64,000 bases of DNA from Eledone cirrhosa. Lineage: Eukaryota. The notes beneath the pieces are model-generated. The model searched no databases, was not told the origin of the DNA, and saw nothing but the letters and a program-made list of their open reading frames with translations. Positions within the stretch are counted from its first letter, which is position 1, and each line of letters starts with the position of its first letter. Positions 12,860 through 30,081 of the stretch are shown in pieces. The position numbers and the translations under genes are program-made. The stretch spans positions 26,226,001 through 26,290,000 of the forward strand of contig OZ024742.1 in the NCBI GenBank assembly GCA_964016885.1. Direction: 5' to 3'.

Positions 12860-13125
12860 CGCAATGCCCCAGAGAGTATCCACTGCATCAACCATTACAG
12901 CTAATGAGATTCCTTCATCTAATCGGATGCTCTACTCTAGAGTTGGCGGAGGAAAACAGCAGTTCGTGCTCGGAGAACACCAAGGTCTAGATGGAATTCT
13001 GCAAGAAAACGAATCATCTTGTCAAGTTCCTGGATTTGGATATTTCAACTTCTTTCATATTATAGGCTCACCAGGCCAGGATTGCTGTCCAACTAGACAC
13101 AGTTGGAACAGAATTATGTGATATC
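12860..13125 (+). pseudogene. Possible Tc1/mariner transposase C-terminal relic
   Basis: Peptide ...NFFHIIGSPGQDCCPTRHSWN loosely resembles the WPxxSPDLNPxxxxW motif; heavily decayed. Confidence 0.3.
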
Positions 13126-13233
13126 TCCGATGTGGGATTTATTCCTATCGAATAGCAAAACGTTAATCACGTCTGGGCACATATCTGTTATCATGCCAGC
13201 AGGCTCCAGTTGTGATGAAAAAACTGTGTCCTA

Positions 13234-13628
13234 AATGATCCTTTAATAATTGTTTCTATTTTTGGCACAAGGCCAGCAATTATCCCAGTGGATTACTGGT
13301 ACTTTATTTTATCAACCTCGTAAGGATGAAAGGCAACGTTAACCACGGCGATATTTGATCTCAGACTATAAAGGGGCGTAACTCTAGGCTACAAAGCATA
13401 CCGTCCGACATTCTACCGATATTGCCAATCCACCAATGATCCTTTAATAATTGTTTCTACTTTTGGCACAAGGCCAGCAATTAACCAGTACATTACGTAA
13501 GGATGAAAGGCAAAGTTAACCTCGGTGGGATTTGAACTCAGAATGGCAAGGGGCGTAACTGTATGCGTCAAAGCATAGCGTCCAACCCTCTACCGATACT
13601 GCCAATCCAGCAATGATCCTTTAATAAT
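13234..13628 (-). mobile_element. Two tandem tRNA-SINE copies delimited by three copies of a 17-bp target duplication
   Basis: AATGATCCTTTAATAAT at 13234, 13435 and 13612; SINE bodies lie between. Confidence 0.8.
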
Positions 13629-14034
13629 GATATCAAAATCAATGTGCTGAGGAAAGCGACATGCGCAGTTGTGACAATACTATGGATGTACTCGTAGTCA
13701 GAGGTTCACGACCATAACTGGACAACGTTACTGTATTTAATGATAAAATGAGAGGTTTCTTGAATTAGGACTAGACTGAGGAATTAACTGTCTTTTGTGT
13801 TATAAGACCTGCTGTCTGGTCTCCTTTGTTAATATGAAGCCATGTTACAATAGATTGGAGAGCTGGATGAATACTATTTAATTAACGTCTCGAATTTCGT
13901 CTATAATATATATATATATATGTGTGTGTGTGTATATGTATATATATATATATATATAAATATATATATATATACACACATATATATATACACACACACA
14001 CACACATATATATGTATATATATATATATATATA

Positions 14035-14336
<302 letters not shown>

Positions 14337-14353
14337 CATGTATGTATATTTAT

Positions 14354-14385
<32 letters not shown>

Positions 14386-14449
14386 TTATATATATATATA
14401 TGTATATATATATTTATGTATTTATATAAGTATTTATATATGTATATAT

Positions 14450-14510
<61 letters not shown>

Positions 14511-14592
14511 GTATATATATATATACACACACATATATATATACACATATATGTATACATATATAAATACATAAATATATAAATAATATATT

Positions 14593-14637
<45 letters not shown>

Positions 14638-14640
14638 TAC

Positions 14641-14765
14641 TACTACTACACCGGGCCAGAGCAGACCTAGGAGTTATGACAACTAAGGGGTAACTCCACA
14701 TTCCCCACAGCTCCTGGACTCCCGAACTGGAGCCTTCCTACTGGATGTAGTTTAATGTCATACAC

Positions 14766-14827
<62 letters not shown>

Positions 14828-14952
14828 GTGTATGACATTAAACTACAACCAGTGGGAAGGCTCCAGTTCGGGAGTCCAGGAGCTGTGAGGAATGTGGAGT
14901 TACCCCTTAGTTGTCATAACTCCCAGGTCTGCTCTGGCCCGGTGTAGTAGTA
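14641..14952. repeat. 130-bp inverted repeat arms around a (TA)n centre; right arm leads into the LINE
   Basis: 14641-14770 is the reverse complement of 14823-14952 with ~5 mismatches. Confidence 0.85.
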
Positions 14953-17370
14953 CCTGTTAGCGCCCCATTTATGGGTTAAATAAATACCTTATTCGAGTGG
15001 CGCCAGTAAGGTATTGTTAGCCATTGAAAAGAAATATGGAGAGTCTATCTAACAGCACTAGGTTTAGAGCCCTTAATTACATTGTCAAGGAGCAGTCTTT
15101 TCGTTATGACTCTGCTGGCTTAGAGCCACAGGGAGGGCCAGTGGATGATGGATCAGCTGTCTCTGAGCCATCAAAATGGGCACTTTGAATGTGAGGACAA
15201 TTCGGACGATGGAGAAGAGAGAGGAGTCGGGACATCTGTTCGATGAGAGTGTACGCAGATACTTGCGTTCCAAGAACACAGGATACTACACGATGAGCCC
15301 GCGAGGAGTGTGATGATTGGGAAGAGGAGCCAGCTCATCACCACATCGGCAGTGAGGAACATGACCAATGCTGCAGTGGGAGGAGTGGCTTTTCTTTTCA
15401 GCACAAAAACCAGTCTATTGGTGAGGGTAATAATACCTGTCTCCTTGCGAGTGTTGAGGGTCACCTTCAATGGAAACCCAAGACTGACAGTCATCTCGGC
15501 CTATAGTCCAACCGAGGGAGACAGTGATGTGAGTGCGGAAGAGTTCCATGAGGAGGTGTGTAGAGCTGTGAACACCACACAAGCACACAACATTCTGATT
15601 GTTTTGGGGGACTTCAATGCACATCTGAGTAAGGAAGGCAGTGAAGATCCTTGCTGGTACTTCCATAACTACACCAAACGAAATGAGAGACTACTGAGAG
15701 ACACCCTGCTGGAGGCGAACTTGATAGCGACCAACCTAAGGTTTAGGAAGATCCCGGGGAATATGTGAACCTACATCTCAGTTATGCACCTGTCCAAGTC
15801 CCATATTGATTTCATTCTGGTGAGGAAAAAGTGGCGGAATAGTGTTCTGAACACAGAACCATACAACTATTTCAGTACACTGGGTAACGACCACCGGCTT
15901 ATTATCAGTGAGGTCCGGGTGAGCTTAAGAAAGAGCAAAGCTCAGCCCCTGATAGCAATCTATGACTGTGGAAATTTCAAGGAAGATGATAAGCTACAGG
16001 AGAGGTTCACAGTGGAAGTGAGGAACAGGTTCAGTGCTCTGTGTGGAGAGACAGAGGAGAGAGAGATTGGATGGACTAAGGAGCGTGTGACGAGGAGGTA
16101 CGGGCACTTCACCAATGCATTGGCGGAAGCAAGTGAGACCCTGGCGTCGAGGAGAAAGAAGAAAAGGAAGCACATCAGCTCTGCAGGCCCAAATGTGTGT
16201 GCAGCCAGAGAACACATGAAACTGCCAAGGACGAATTCTATGCTGATCCTACGGAGGAGAGGATGGAGACAGTGGAGGTGATGAGGGAAGAACTCTGTAC
16301 CGCTTACATTGAGGCCAGAGAGGAGGCACTGATAGAGAAGATCAGAAGTGTGGAGAGAGCGGTTAACAGGTCTGATGTAAGGAGAACTGGATGATCATCA
16401 ACGATAACATAGGGAGGAAGGGAAGGTTTTCGACTCAGATGCAGGGAACAGGGCCCGAGGATAGGAAGAGGAAATGGCTAGACCATTTTAGGACCCTACT
16501 AGGAGAGCCGCTCTCCACAGCCCAGAGCACTGGGGAGATCAGGCGGCTGTTTGAAGAACTGGATATTGAGACAGAGCCCTTCCCCATAGAGGTGGTTCAG
16601 AGAGCCAAGAAGAAGATCAAGGAGGGCAAGATTCATGGAGAAGATGGAGTGGCATCATAGGTGATGAAGATGTGTGATTTTCATGATATCATCCTGGGGT
16701 TCTGTAACCAGGCACTGGAGAAAAGAGTTGCTCCGAATCGGTGGCGGATCAGTAACATCGTGCCAGTACACAGAAGGGAGATCTCTCTAACACCAACAAC
16801 TACATGGGGGATCTCACTGACGTCACTTGTGGCAAAGACCCTTAACCGGATGATTCTTAACAGGATCCAGCCTGAGATGGAGAAGAAGCTCGGGGACAAC
16901 CATGACGGCTTCAGAGAGGGAAGATCAACCACCAGTCACATCCTGATGCTGAGGAGGATATTAGAGGGAGATAGAGCAAAGTGCCTTCCTGCGGTCATGG
17001 TTTCCATTGACTTTAGTAAGGCCTTTGATTCTGTGGACCGTCACTGCCTGATGAAGATCTTACAGGCTTATGGAATCCCCAAGAAGATAGTGGACCTGAT
17101 ATCACTGCTCTACACCAAAACCAAAGCCCAAGTCATTACAACCAATGGGATGACAGAGTTCTTTGTGATACTGAATGGAGTGCTCCGGGGTTTTACATTA
17201 GTTCCCTAACCTTGTATCATCGTAGTGGACTATTATATGCGCTTTGCACTGGAGAAACACCAGGATACTGGATTTAATGTAGCACCAGCTCAGAGCAGGA
17301 GAGTTAAGGGGAAAAATATATCGGATGCTGAATTTGCCGACGACAGAGTTTTGGTGACAAATACAGTGAT
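14823..17370 (+). mobile_element. RTE-type non-LTR retrotransposon, 5' part (APE endonuclease and RT), decayed
   Basis: MGTLNVRT, GGVAFL, VISAYSPT, LGDFNAH, HIDFILV, GNDHRL (APE); GISLTS, GFREGRSTTSHI, IDFSKAFDSV, AEFADD (RT); stops and frameshifts; 5' boundary uncertain. Confidence 0.9.
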
Positions 17371-17374
17371 TTGA

Positions 17375-17870
17375 TGCATGTCCAGCCAACCTCAGTCTCC
17401 TCTGTGTCACTTTTGAGCTGACTTTTGGGAGGCTCCCATACAGCTCTGAGTTTTTCATCCTCAGTGTATACTGATTAATGTTCAGAGCCATCTTCAGCAT
17501 TCTCGTGTAGCACCCATCCACCATCTGAGTAAGTTTATTGGTCAGTGTCCAAATATCAGACCCGTACAGTAGCACAGAATCCACTACAGCAATGAAGAGG
17601 CGGGTTTTCAGGTCTTTACGAAAGTCTGACTTCCACCCCGATCTCAAGCTGTGGCAAACCGCCTAGGCCTTGCTCTTCCGCTCAACCACATCATCTGTAT
17701 ACCCAATCTTTGCTCCCAAATACAGGAAGTCCTCAACCAATTCTAGCGGCTTCCCGCCTACATTACTGAACCCCTTTGGCTTCTCAACATTCTCTACCAG
17801 ATATTTTCTTTTAGTCTCATTCATTCTCCGCCCCATAGTCATCGATACAGTCTCAACCTCCTGCATCAAA
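17375..17870 (-). mobile_element. RTE LINE internal/3' fragment
   Basis: ORFs 17198-17647 and 17663-17887 (VEDFLYLGAKI, SVLLYGSDIWTLT). Confidence 0.85.
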
Positions 17871-18881
17871 TCATTCCCGAGATCCATGGACGAGTTCTCT
17901 CCAGCGGTCTCTGTCCCTCATTATCGCTGCCATGTCCTGCGTCTCCAACAGACCAGTGTCTGTCCTTAGGGCATCAACATATGTTAACCTTGGTCTTCCT
18001 CTTCCAGTGTGTCCATGTAGGGGCTCCCAAAGGAGCACGGAGTGCAATGTCAACTCTGGATGTCGGTGAGCATGTCCAGCCAACCTCAGTCTCCTCTGTG
18101 TCACTTTTGAGCTGACTTTTGGGAGGCTCCCATACAGCTCTGAGTTTTTCATCCTCAGTGTATACTGATTAATGTTCAGAGCCATCCTCAGCATTCTCGT
18201 GTAGCACCCATCCACCATCTGAGTGAGTCTCTTGGTCAGTGTCCAAGTCTCAGACCCACACAGCAGCACAGACTCCACTACAGCAATGAAGAGGCGGATT
18301 TTCAGGTCTCTACGAAGGTCCGACTTCCACACCGATCTCAAGCTGTGGCACGCCGCCCAGGCCTTGCTCTTCCTCTCAACCACATCATCTTCCGTATTCC
18401 CAATCTTTGCTCCCAAATACAGGAAGTCCTCAACCAATTCCAGCGGCTTCCCGCCTACATTAGTGATCCCCTCTGGCTTCTCAACATTCTCCACCAGATA
18501 TTTTGTTTTAGTCTCATTCATTCTCAGCCCCACACTCATCGACACAGTCTCAACCTCCCGCATCAAATCCTCTGCCTCCTTCACTGTATTTGTCACCAAA
18601 ACTATGTCGTCGGCAAATTCAGCATCCGATACCTTTTTCGCCCCAACTCTCCTGCTCTGAGCCGGTGCTACAGTAAAGCCAGAGTCCTGGTGTTTCTCCA
18701 GTGCAAGGCGCATACAATAGTCCACTACGATGATTAAAAAGGTAGGGAGCCAATGTATCTCCCTGGAGCACTCCAGCCAGTATCTCAAAGAACTCTGTCA
18801 TCCCATCAGGTGTAATGACTTGGGCTTTGGTGTTGGTGTAGAGCAGTGATATCAGGTCCACTATCCTCTTGGGGATTCCAT

Positions 18882-18882
<1 letters not shown>
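17871..18882 (-). mobile_element. RTE LINE 3' fragment (RT C-terminal half)
   Basis: YGIPKRIV...GVLQGDTLAPYLF, frameshift, then AEFADDIVL...FLYLG...GRPRLTYVD...W. Confidence 0.9.
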
Positions 18883-20130
<1,248 letters not shown>

Positions 20131-20299
20131 GATAATTGGTTACGTGCACGCGTAAATATACAGATATCCTAAATATACTTCCACAGAAATATATGTGTAT
20201 TTATGTGCGTGAGTGATAGTCTGTATGTGACTGTGCGTGGGTGTTTGAGTCTGTGCTTGAATGTGCGTGTGTGTATCTATCTGTGTCCATGTTCGTTTG

Positions 20300-20400
20300 T
20301 GTGTGTGTCTTTGTAACTGTATATATGTGTGTGTGTCTTTGTAACTGTATATATGTGTGTGTGTCTTTGTAACTGTATATATGTGTGTGTGTCTTTGTGT
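20300..20400 (+). repeat. 28-bp minisatellite
   Basis: GTGTGTGTGTCTTTGTAACTGTATATAT x~3.5. Confidence 0.85.
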
Positions 20401-20582
20401 AGCCGGTTAATGATTCAATGATAGCAGGATATGTAATTGAATTTCATTTCGACAGATTGAATACCAATAAACTAGGAGTAATATTTCTTTGTGTTACATT
20501 GCATATCTACTTCATGCATACATCCATATATATGTATATATACACACACGCACATATATATATATATATATATACATATATA

Positions 20583-20626
<44 letters not shown>

Positions 20627-20688
20627 CATGCGTACACACACCCACACTCACACCCCCACACCCCCACACACATACACGCATACACACT

Positions 20689-20720
<32 letters not shown>

Positions 20721-21052
20721 CATATATATATTCATTTTATTAAGGCTGCATATCAATTCTCGTTGATCTGGAGTTTCACATGGATACCAAGTGTCACCAG
20801 ATGAAACTGTGATAGCCTGGCGAAACTTACAGCCATAATAAATTCAATATCAAAACTCTATTTCGTTACTGAGTCCACTTTTCTCCGAGCCGTCTCTACT
20901 TAAATAAGACAGCTAATACTCCAATCCGTCTACAGACACTCAGTCAACATCCTAAACCGAACGCTAACCTATACTCATGACACCTGCCAAAACAAACCAT
21001 AATCATACTCCATATTTCACAAACCAAAATCTGACCACCCATCTTCCCAAAC

Positions 21053-21172
21053 TGGCACTCTTCGTCAATGCATCCTGTTGTCTTTTACATAATGGCGCTT
21101 TACGCCAATGCGTCCTGTAGTCTTTCACATAATGGCGCTGTTCGTCAATGCGTACTGTAGACTTTCATATGA
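21053..21172 (+). repeat. 40-bp tandem repeat x3
   Basis: TGGCRCT.TTCGTCAATGCGTCCTGTAGTCTTTCACATAA units. Confidence 0.8.
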
Positions 21173-21947
21173 TGAAATATCTTGATTCTGATTGTTGACT
21201 TAATAATCTTCCGTTTAGCGTATAACATGTATGTCCGTTGACTAAACTCCGTTGACTAAGTTTCTCCAATGACATCACTCGTAAACCATGCTCCTATCGT
21301 AGAGTCTGATATTTTCGTCATTGAATTCTACTCCCCTAACAATTAAGGTTAATAATTTATCTTACGCTTTGATCTGTCTGTTATTGCTGGACGTAGCAGA
21401 TTTTAAGGCTACCGCTTTTATAGGTTTCCGGATCAAATTGAACATGAAATCTATTGAAGAATTTTAGCATTTAAAAAATTAAAATAGCAATTCGAATTTT
21501 CAGGCCTGTTTCATTTCTACATTTAAGATACGTGTGTACATGTATATACATTGGTGAAGTCTAGGTTAAACACACGTAATTTGTGCATATATATATTTAT
21601 CACACGTGGCCTGCTAGGGCTCTTCTTACAATATAACTTAATTTATTACCAACATCAGCGCTAATTATATGTAAATTAGTATGTCCGTTTCAGAAATATT
21701 CCAAGAGCTGATGGGTACATATTTATACACCTGCAAAATACATGTTTCGTTGTGTTGATTGGATGATATACACCTCTTTTAATGAGGGTATAATAAGATC
21801 CGAAAATATGTTTATCTTCCTTGTCAATTTACAGGGATTTTTATGTTGTCTAGCATGTTTACATGACTACATATTTGATGTTTCTTTATATTTACACAAT
21901 ATTGTGCAGTCTCGGTTACACACAGGCTATATTTACAGATATGACGT

Positions 21948-22013
<66 letters not shown>

Positions 22014-22513
22014 TAAGTATATGTACAGATATCTGATATATGCGTACTTATCTAGCTGTGTGCTAAAGATATGAAATACAATAGAGAAAACTAAAAATAA
22101 AACATAAAACCGAAACAGAAACAAAACGCACACAAAACGCACACAAAGACACAGACGCACAAACACGCACACACACACAAAATATAACACACACACACAC
22201 ACGTACAACATAAAATACCAAACATTCTACATGAAATATGAAATAAAACGGAAATATCACCATCGAAATAAACCCTTATTCATCGATGTCAAATCTATTT
22301 GCCAAAGGTAATAATAACAGTTGTACGCAGACGATAGAAACATCATTTATCTAGTGACAATAGGTGTCTAATTGAGCTATATAATATGTGCTAGCTACCA
22401 ACAAAACCATTCTTATTTCGTAACGTTAAATCACTGTCAATTATATTGAAGCATTTTGAAGCAATTCATGTCTAAATGATACCTCGTTATGATGGTAAAG
22501 ATATATATATATA

Positions 22514-22614
<101 letters not shown>

Positions 22615-22617
22615 TTA

Positions 22618-22686
<69 letters not shown>

Positions 22687-22832
22687 TTGAAAGAGAGTGA
22701 GGAACTACGATATTATTAGGTAAATATGCAAAATAAAAATACTTCGAATGAATAGCATGTAAAAAAGAAATTGTACACACCCACATACAATGTATATATA
22801 TATATATTATATATATATATATATATAATATA

Positions 22833-22918
<86 letters not shown>

Positions 22919-22982
22919 ACGTTCTTGTATTAATTATAACATATATTACATATTTCGATTACATACATTTATATGTATATGA

Positions 22983-23041
<59 letters not shown>

Positions 23042-23909
23042 CATACATGTATATGCGTTTGTATTCTTTTTAAATTGTTATTTTCTTCTCTGTGGAAAGC
23101 GTACCAGTTCAAAGAGAATAAAATAATTTATAGTTTCAATGTTACTTAACTGCCTCCATTTCTTCCAACTTATTTCGCCAATAGTTTGTTTCCTTTCAAC
23201 CTATTTTACTTGCTGTTGCATTTACATTGACTCTTATTGTTTTTGTTATTTATGCACTTCATCTAATTGTTGTTCTTGTTCATCTCGGTCGGATATTATT
23301 TTTTTCTACGGCTATAATGCTTAGTAATTTTTCACGTATTTGCTTTTTATTTTTCTATAATTTTGTTATTTCTCTCTCCTTTTCACCTGACTATTTCTTC
23401 AAGTAGTATCCATTCTCTTCTGTTATCTCGGTGTATTACTTAGGCAGAATGGAGTTTCCTAAGAAATGACGGCGAAAAAATAACATGAACATTTAAAAAA
23501 AAAAAAACTTTAATTAAGCTATTGAAGCTAATTTCCGTTGCTCGGTATTTTACTTACAATGGTAAGACATGGAAATATTCTTGAGATTCTAAACTTGTAG
23601 CGTTACTACATATGTTTGGTTTCAATTCTTTGTTGAAATATATATACTGTAAACACTCACAACTATAGCAATATACACACACACACACACATATATATAT
23701 GTATAGAGAGAGAGAGGGGGGGGGGAGAAACAACAGCAACAACGAAAACAAAACAAAGATTACCAGGTAACTTACTGTTTCCTTACCGTATCTTACGGTT
23801 CATTTTGCATTGTTAGCCTTGTATCTCTTTCCACACTATCTATGATATACAATACTTCAAACACACTATGGCATTTTATTATATATATATGTATATATAT
23901 ATATATATA

Positions 23910-25002
23910 GTAATAATAATAAAATTGAAGACTAAAATCCAGAGAAGGCTCGATAAGGAAAATATATATCAGATATATAAGAACCGAAGAGCAAATATCT
24001 ATTAAAATAACAGATTAAAGTTTAAGCAAAGAATCGCTGCTTTCACCCTTAACGGGATCTTCTGAAACTAACAAAGTCAATCTGTAAACGCAGAACTGGA
24101 TATTTCAAAAAAACGTTGCAACCGGAGGAAGACAGGAAGACGATCGTACGTATATTTGACTGTTTTGGCGTATAATTTTTACATATTCTGGTATTTAGGG
24201 CTTGGTTATGTGTATATGGGAGTTTTGCGTCTGCGTGAGTATGCAGGTTCGTACGTATGGTGGGTGTGTGTAGGTGTACTTCTTGTTTTGTTGACTTACG
24301 TCTCCGAACCTTCGCGTATTTATTTGTAGGGATGTGTGTGCGCTTGTTATATACGTATTTATTTACTTATATACGTTTATATAATTATTTATTTATTTGT
24401 ACACAAGCATACACACATACACATATTTATATGTGCGTGGCTTTGTATACCTATGGTAAGGTTTTGCGTATGCTTGTGTATGTACGTATCTGTTTGCGTG
24501 TATGTATTTATTTGTTCCTATTACTTCTGTATTGTATTTATTTACTTTGTTCTTAACTCTGTAGCGGAGATTCATTCGGTCTCCTAGTTAGAATTTTAGT
24601 CTACGACTTCTGCTATACCATTTACGTGGTTTTGTCTTTGCACGCTATTGTTCTCCACGCTCCACATATGACTTATTATCTTCGTTTTTTCGTTCATTGC
24701 CAGAGAACGTCTCTATGCACCACTTAGAGAACATTAGTCTACGACCTCTTTTATACCATAAACATGGTTCTGTCCTTGCACGTAATTGTTTTTCACCGCT
24801 CCTATTAATGACGTATTATTCGTTTTTTCCCGTTCTTTGCCAGCGAACGTCACCATGAACCAAAGTATCGTCTTCCTGTCTTCCTCCGGTTGCAACGTTT
24901 TTTGAAATATCCAGTTCTGCGTTTACAGACTGACTTTGTTAGTTTTAGAAGATCCCGTTAAGGGTGAAAGCAGCGATTCTTTGCTTAAACTTTAATCTGT
25001 TA

Positions 25003-25010
<8 letters not shown>
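23910..25010. mobile_element. Family A non-autonomous PLE-like element with inverted termini, in (TA)n
   Basis: 24000-24143 is the reverse complement of 24867-25010; HHR-like motif in each arm (24010-24085 minus, 24925-25000 plus); internal ~135-bp duplication at 24596-24860. Confidence 0.75.
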
Positions 25011-25075
<65 letters not shown>

Positions 25076-25420
25076 TGGCGGGCTGGCCAGGTTGCCAGTT
25101 TCCCAATGGCAAGTGGGTGCCAGGGGGTCCTGGGTACCACTGCAAGAGCCCACTGTAGCATTGCAGGACCCACTGCAATATTTTAGGAGCCAAAGCTTCG
25201 CTTTCAAAAAATATCTGATATCTATGAAGAAGGATAACATAAAAAAAAATGAAAATAAATAATTAACCAAATTGGTCAATCAATTCCCTATGGAATTACT
25301 AGAAACCAAAATATAGATAGTGCAAGTAGCTGGAATAAGTGGTTGTACATTCTACGAAAGCTAAAGCTTAGTGTATTCATTCATGCATGCAAACATACAT
25401 ATATAAACACAGACACGCAA

Positions 25421-25516
<96 letters not shown>

Positions 25517-26292
25517 ATATATATATATATATGTATATCTATATACTTACACGCGACTATTGACCAAATAATATTTGTTATCAATGGGTTAAAGACATCA
25601 GTCAAATCAATTAGAGGTGAAGGTGGTGTATATATATATATCTAAACATACACACACACATACAGACACACAGGTATATATATATATACATTGAGTGAAT
25701 GTGAAAAGCCAAAGGTCATTACTGAAAGTGTCTGCTTTTCGCAAAATACATATTTTTTATTAGAGGAGTTAAGTTATTTTTCCGCAAAAATTTGATTGCA
25801 CTGTTTTGTTTCCACTTGTGTATTTTTTGAAAATGTCATTTATTCTTTATAAAAATAAAATGATAGTATTCTGTATGTAGGTGTGTCCGCTTCATCTGGC
25901 AACCAATAATTTTAGATCTAGTCTGCCAGCACTGATGGTGATTATCGCTAAATATTGATGTTGATTTAGTTATTAATATTAATATTATTGGGCACACAGT
26001 GAAGATTTGTAAGAGCCCACTTGCATAATAATCCATTGATTTTACACAAGTTTGTACATAACTTGCTACAATTTCACCCACCAAGTAGAAATCTTATAAT
26101 GAAACGATTCGTTTGGGAAATGAGATCTTTAATATATCTCATATAAAATAATACAGCCAATTATCCACACAATACAATATAGTAAGCACTCCAAACGTTT
26201 AATTGGGAATATACTCCGGTATTTCTTAATGTTTGTTGAGAGAGTTGGAAATTGGTCGGAGTATCGCTAATAGCTTTCTCCGTTTAGGTAGT

Positions 26293-27205
<913 letters not shown>

Positions 27206-27351
27206 TTTAGAGTTTATGTTGGTTGTATACCAACACCTCAGTATGCAGGCTAGAGCACTCGACGAAGTGCGCAGGTTGGTTTGGTTACTCCGGAGTAGTG
27301 TAAAATAAAGTTAAATAAAAGTCAAATGATTAAAATTTAGCTTCGTTTATT

Positions 27352-27406
27352 ACTGCTATATATATTTCAGTGACAGCCATCTTTGGCTGTGACCTCTTCA
27401 GGCAGT
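27352..27406 (-). ncRNA. Type I hammerhead (family F) within a repeat at ~27300-27485
   Basis: ACTGC-CTGAAGA-GGTCACAGCCA-AAGA-TGGCTGTCACT-GAAA-TATATA-TA-GCAGT. Confidence 0.75.
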
Positions 27407-27657
27407 TTGAATTAGTATGGTATAGACAAGTACATATGTTGTTTAGGTGTATGATATTGTCAATACTCTGATATGCCCAGTTCCTTGTTGGGTTGTTAAT
27501 TCACTGGGGAACTGGAGTCATATATATATATATATATATATATACTTTTTGAAATAATGAAATGTAAGGATATCCTATTAAATAAGCGACAACAATTAAT
27601 TATATCATGTAATCATAAAATTAGAAGAACTTTTAAATATTATAAACATAATTAACA

Positions 27658-28672
27658 AGATAGAAAAATGCGTACAGCAAAAAAAGTAATATTGTTGGAA
27701 TATAAAAACTTTAAAAATACAGGACAAGAAACTAAAATAAAACTTTAAAAGAATAGGACAAGAAACTAAGATAAAACTTTAAAGAATTGGACAAGAAATA
27801 AAAAAAATTACAATAATATTAATGGCAATATTTTTATTTGTAAAAAATCGAGTTCCACATTCATAGGCTCTGGGTTCCACATTCAGAGGTCGTCGTCAGA
27901 CCGGCGGGATCATTTGATCCTGGTTTGAACACCAATTGGGCCATAACCATACCCCTATTTCATCATTCGGCGACACGCCTCATGTTTCATGCATAATGTG
28001 AATGGACCCATGGGCGCATGAACACAGATCTTGAGCAGCAGCGGAGGTCTTGTCGTCCCGCTCATCCTTGATCTTGACCAACCCGTCCATCTTCTCCTTC
28101 TTGTCCTTGAGTTCAAGTCCGGCAGTCCAGATTAATGCGCGCCACAGCTTTCTGGGACAGGAAGGGGGAGCAGGGGGACTGGAGGGATGACGGGACAGAG
28201 GGAGGGAGGACCGGTGGTTGAGGGAGGTTCCGTAGTCGGTGGTCAGAGTCGACATCTTGTCCCGGTCGTCTTCTCCATCTTCGTCTGGTGTTGCAGGACC
28301 AGAAGTGCATTCTTGGAGGAGACCTGCAGCTGCATCGGCCAATTCTTCTTGCAATGGTCATTCTGACGGGCAGAACTGCTCAGCCAACCAGCCCCAACCA
28401 GAACCAACCGCTCAGGGGCAACGCACAATGAGATCATGACAATTATTATGCACTAATCAAGAAGATACTGGGGCATAGTACAGGAAACGAATAATAAAAT
28501 GTTGCCACTAATATTATTGTAAAATTTTTTTATTTCTTGTCCAATTCTTTAAAGTTTTATCTTAGTTTCTTGTCCTATTCTTTTAAAGTTTTATTTTAGT
28601 TTCTTGTGCTGTATTTTTAAAGTTTTATATTCCAACAATATTACTTTTTTTGCTGTACGCATTTTTCTATCT
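27658..28672. mobile_element. ~177-bp inverted repeat arms (with internal ~33-bp subrepeats) enclosing a GC-rich coding-like core
   Basis: 27658-27834 is the reverse complement of 28496-28672; core includes ORF 27980-28354 (minus, acidic/Pro-rich, unassigned). Confidence 0.65.
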
Positions 28673-30018
28673 GGTCTACTATTTTTTAAGGCAATGCAAG
28701 CAACAACTATCTAATAATTAAATGATCATAGTGAATTACTGACAAGTGATTGACATTTTAAAGTTCTTTTAAGTATAATTGCAATCTAGTTGAGGCAACT
28801 TGCTTAATGACAAAGCTACGTCATTTCTGGATTACCTCCCCTAGCGTCACGCTTACTACTCACTCACTTGAACACAAGATTTATCAGCAAACTTTGATTA
28901 TAAACTTTTTCCCGCTGGACCAAATTTCTAGATTTTTAAGCCAAAAGATGCGTAATGATCTACTGTTCATGCTCATATAAGTTTTATCTCAGTTAAATAA
29001 AGTAGAGCTGCGCTGTACTGTCGTAAACAGACGATTGCCAACGAAAACACGACCACAACAATATTACTAAACGGACTAACATCCGTTTAGGATATACACT
29101 TTACAAATTATTATAATAATTTTTTTTTTTTTTTTTAAATTAGTTAACCTATAATTAATATTCTACTACTAATGAACTGCATAATTTTATTTCCCTTTTA
29201 CAGCTATCTTTTCCTAAAATTTATACCAATAAGTATACATATAAACTATTTTAATTTCAGGTTATGAATCTATATTCCTTATAATCTATATACATTTGTT
29301 ATTTCTCACTAATACATTTATCCCCCCCCCCCCAATTATTATTATTATTTTTTATTCTCCCTTCGTTTTTAACAACATTCTTCAATTACATCTAACTCTT
29401 ATTTATCATATCTATATGAATTAATATAAATTTATCAATATAAATATACCTATCAATTTAATTTATTTATTTTCTTTTTATAGATGTAAATTCCTTATGT
29501 TTTAAATAAGATTGATATTTTTCACTAACACATTTATCGTAAAATGTTATTCTCCTTAGATTTTTACATTAGCATTATTCTTTTATAACATCAAATTTTC
29601 GTGTACCTTTTACCGACTTGACCTATTTTCATCCCCAAAGTAATCTTTTCATCCAAAATACTCTTTCCATTCAAAACTGAAGTCTGCTTTCCTCTACCAC
29701 TAAATTAAAGTTCCATTACTACTATTCTACATCTTGACGACTTACTACTTTTCTATTGGTCAATTCAAAACCTGTTCCCAAACAGACCTATTATATTAAA
29801 TCTTTGTTGGTTTTTTCAATAAACAAATATCATTATTTCTGAAGACAGCATATATATGTGTAGGTATGTATATTCCCTCTGATAGTTTGTAAAATGTTTA
29901 CATAGATCTATATGATATACATACCAACACACACATATATATCCTAGAAACGATCGTAAAATTATGAATTTTTTAATATAAGGAACTGTTTCTTTGTTTT
30001 TATTCATTATTTTTATTA

Positions 30019-30075
<57 letters not shown>

Positions 30076-30081
30076 TATATA

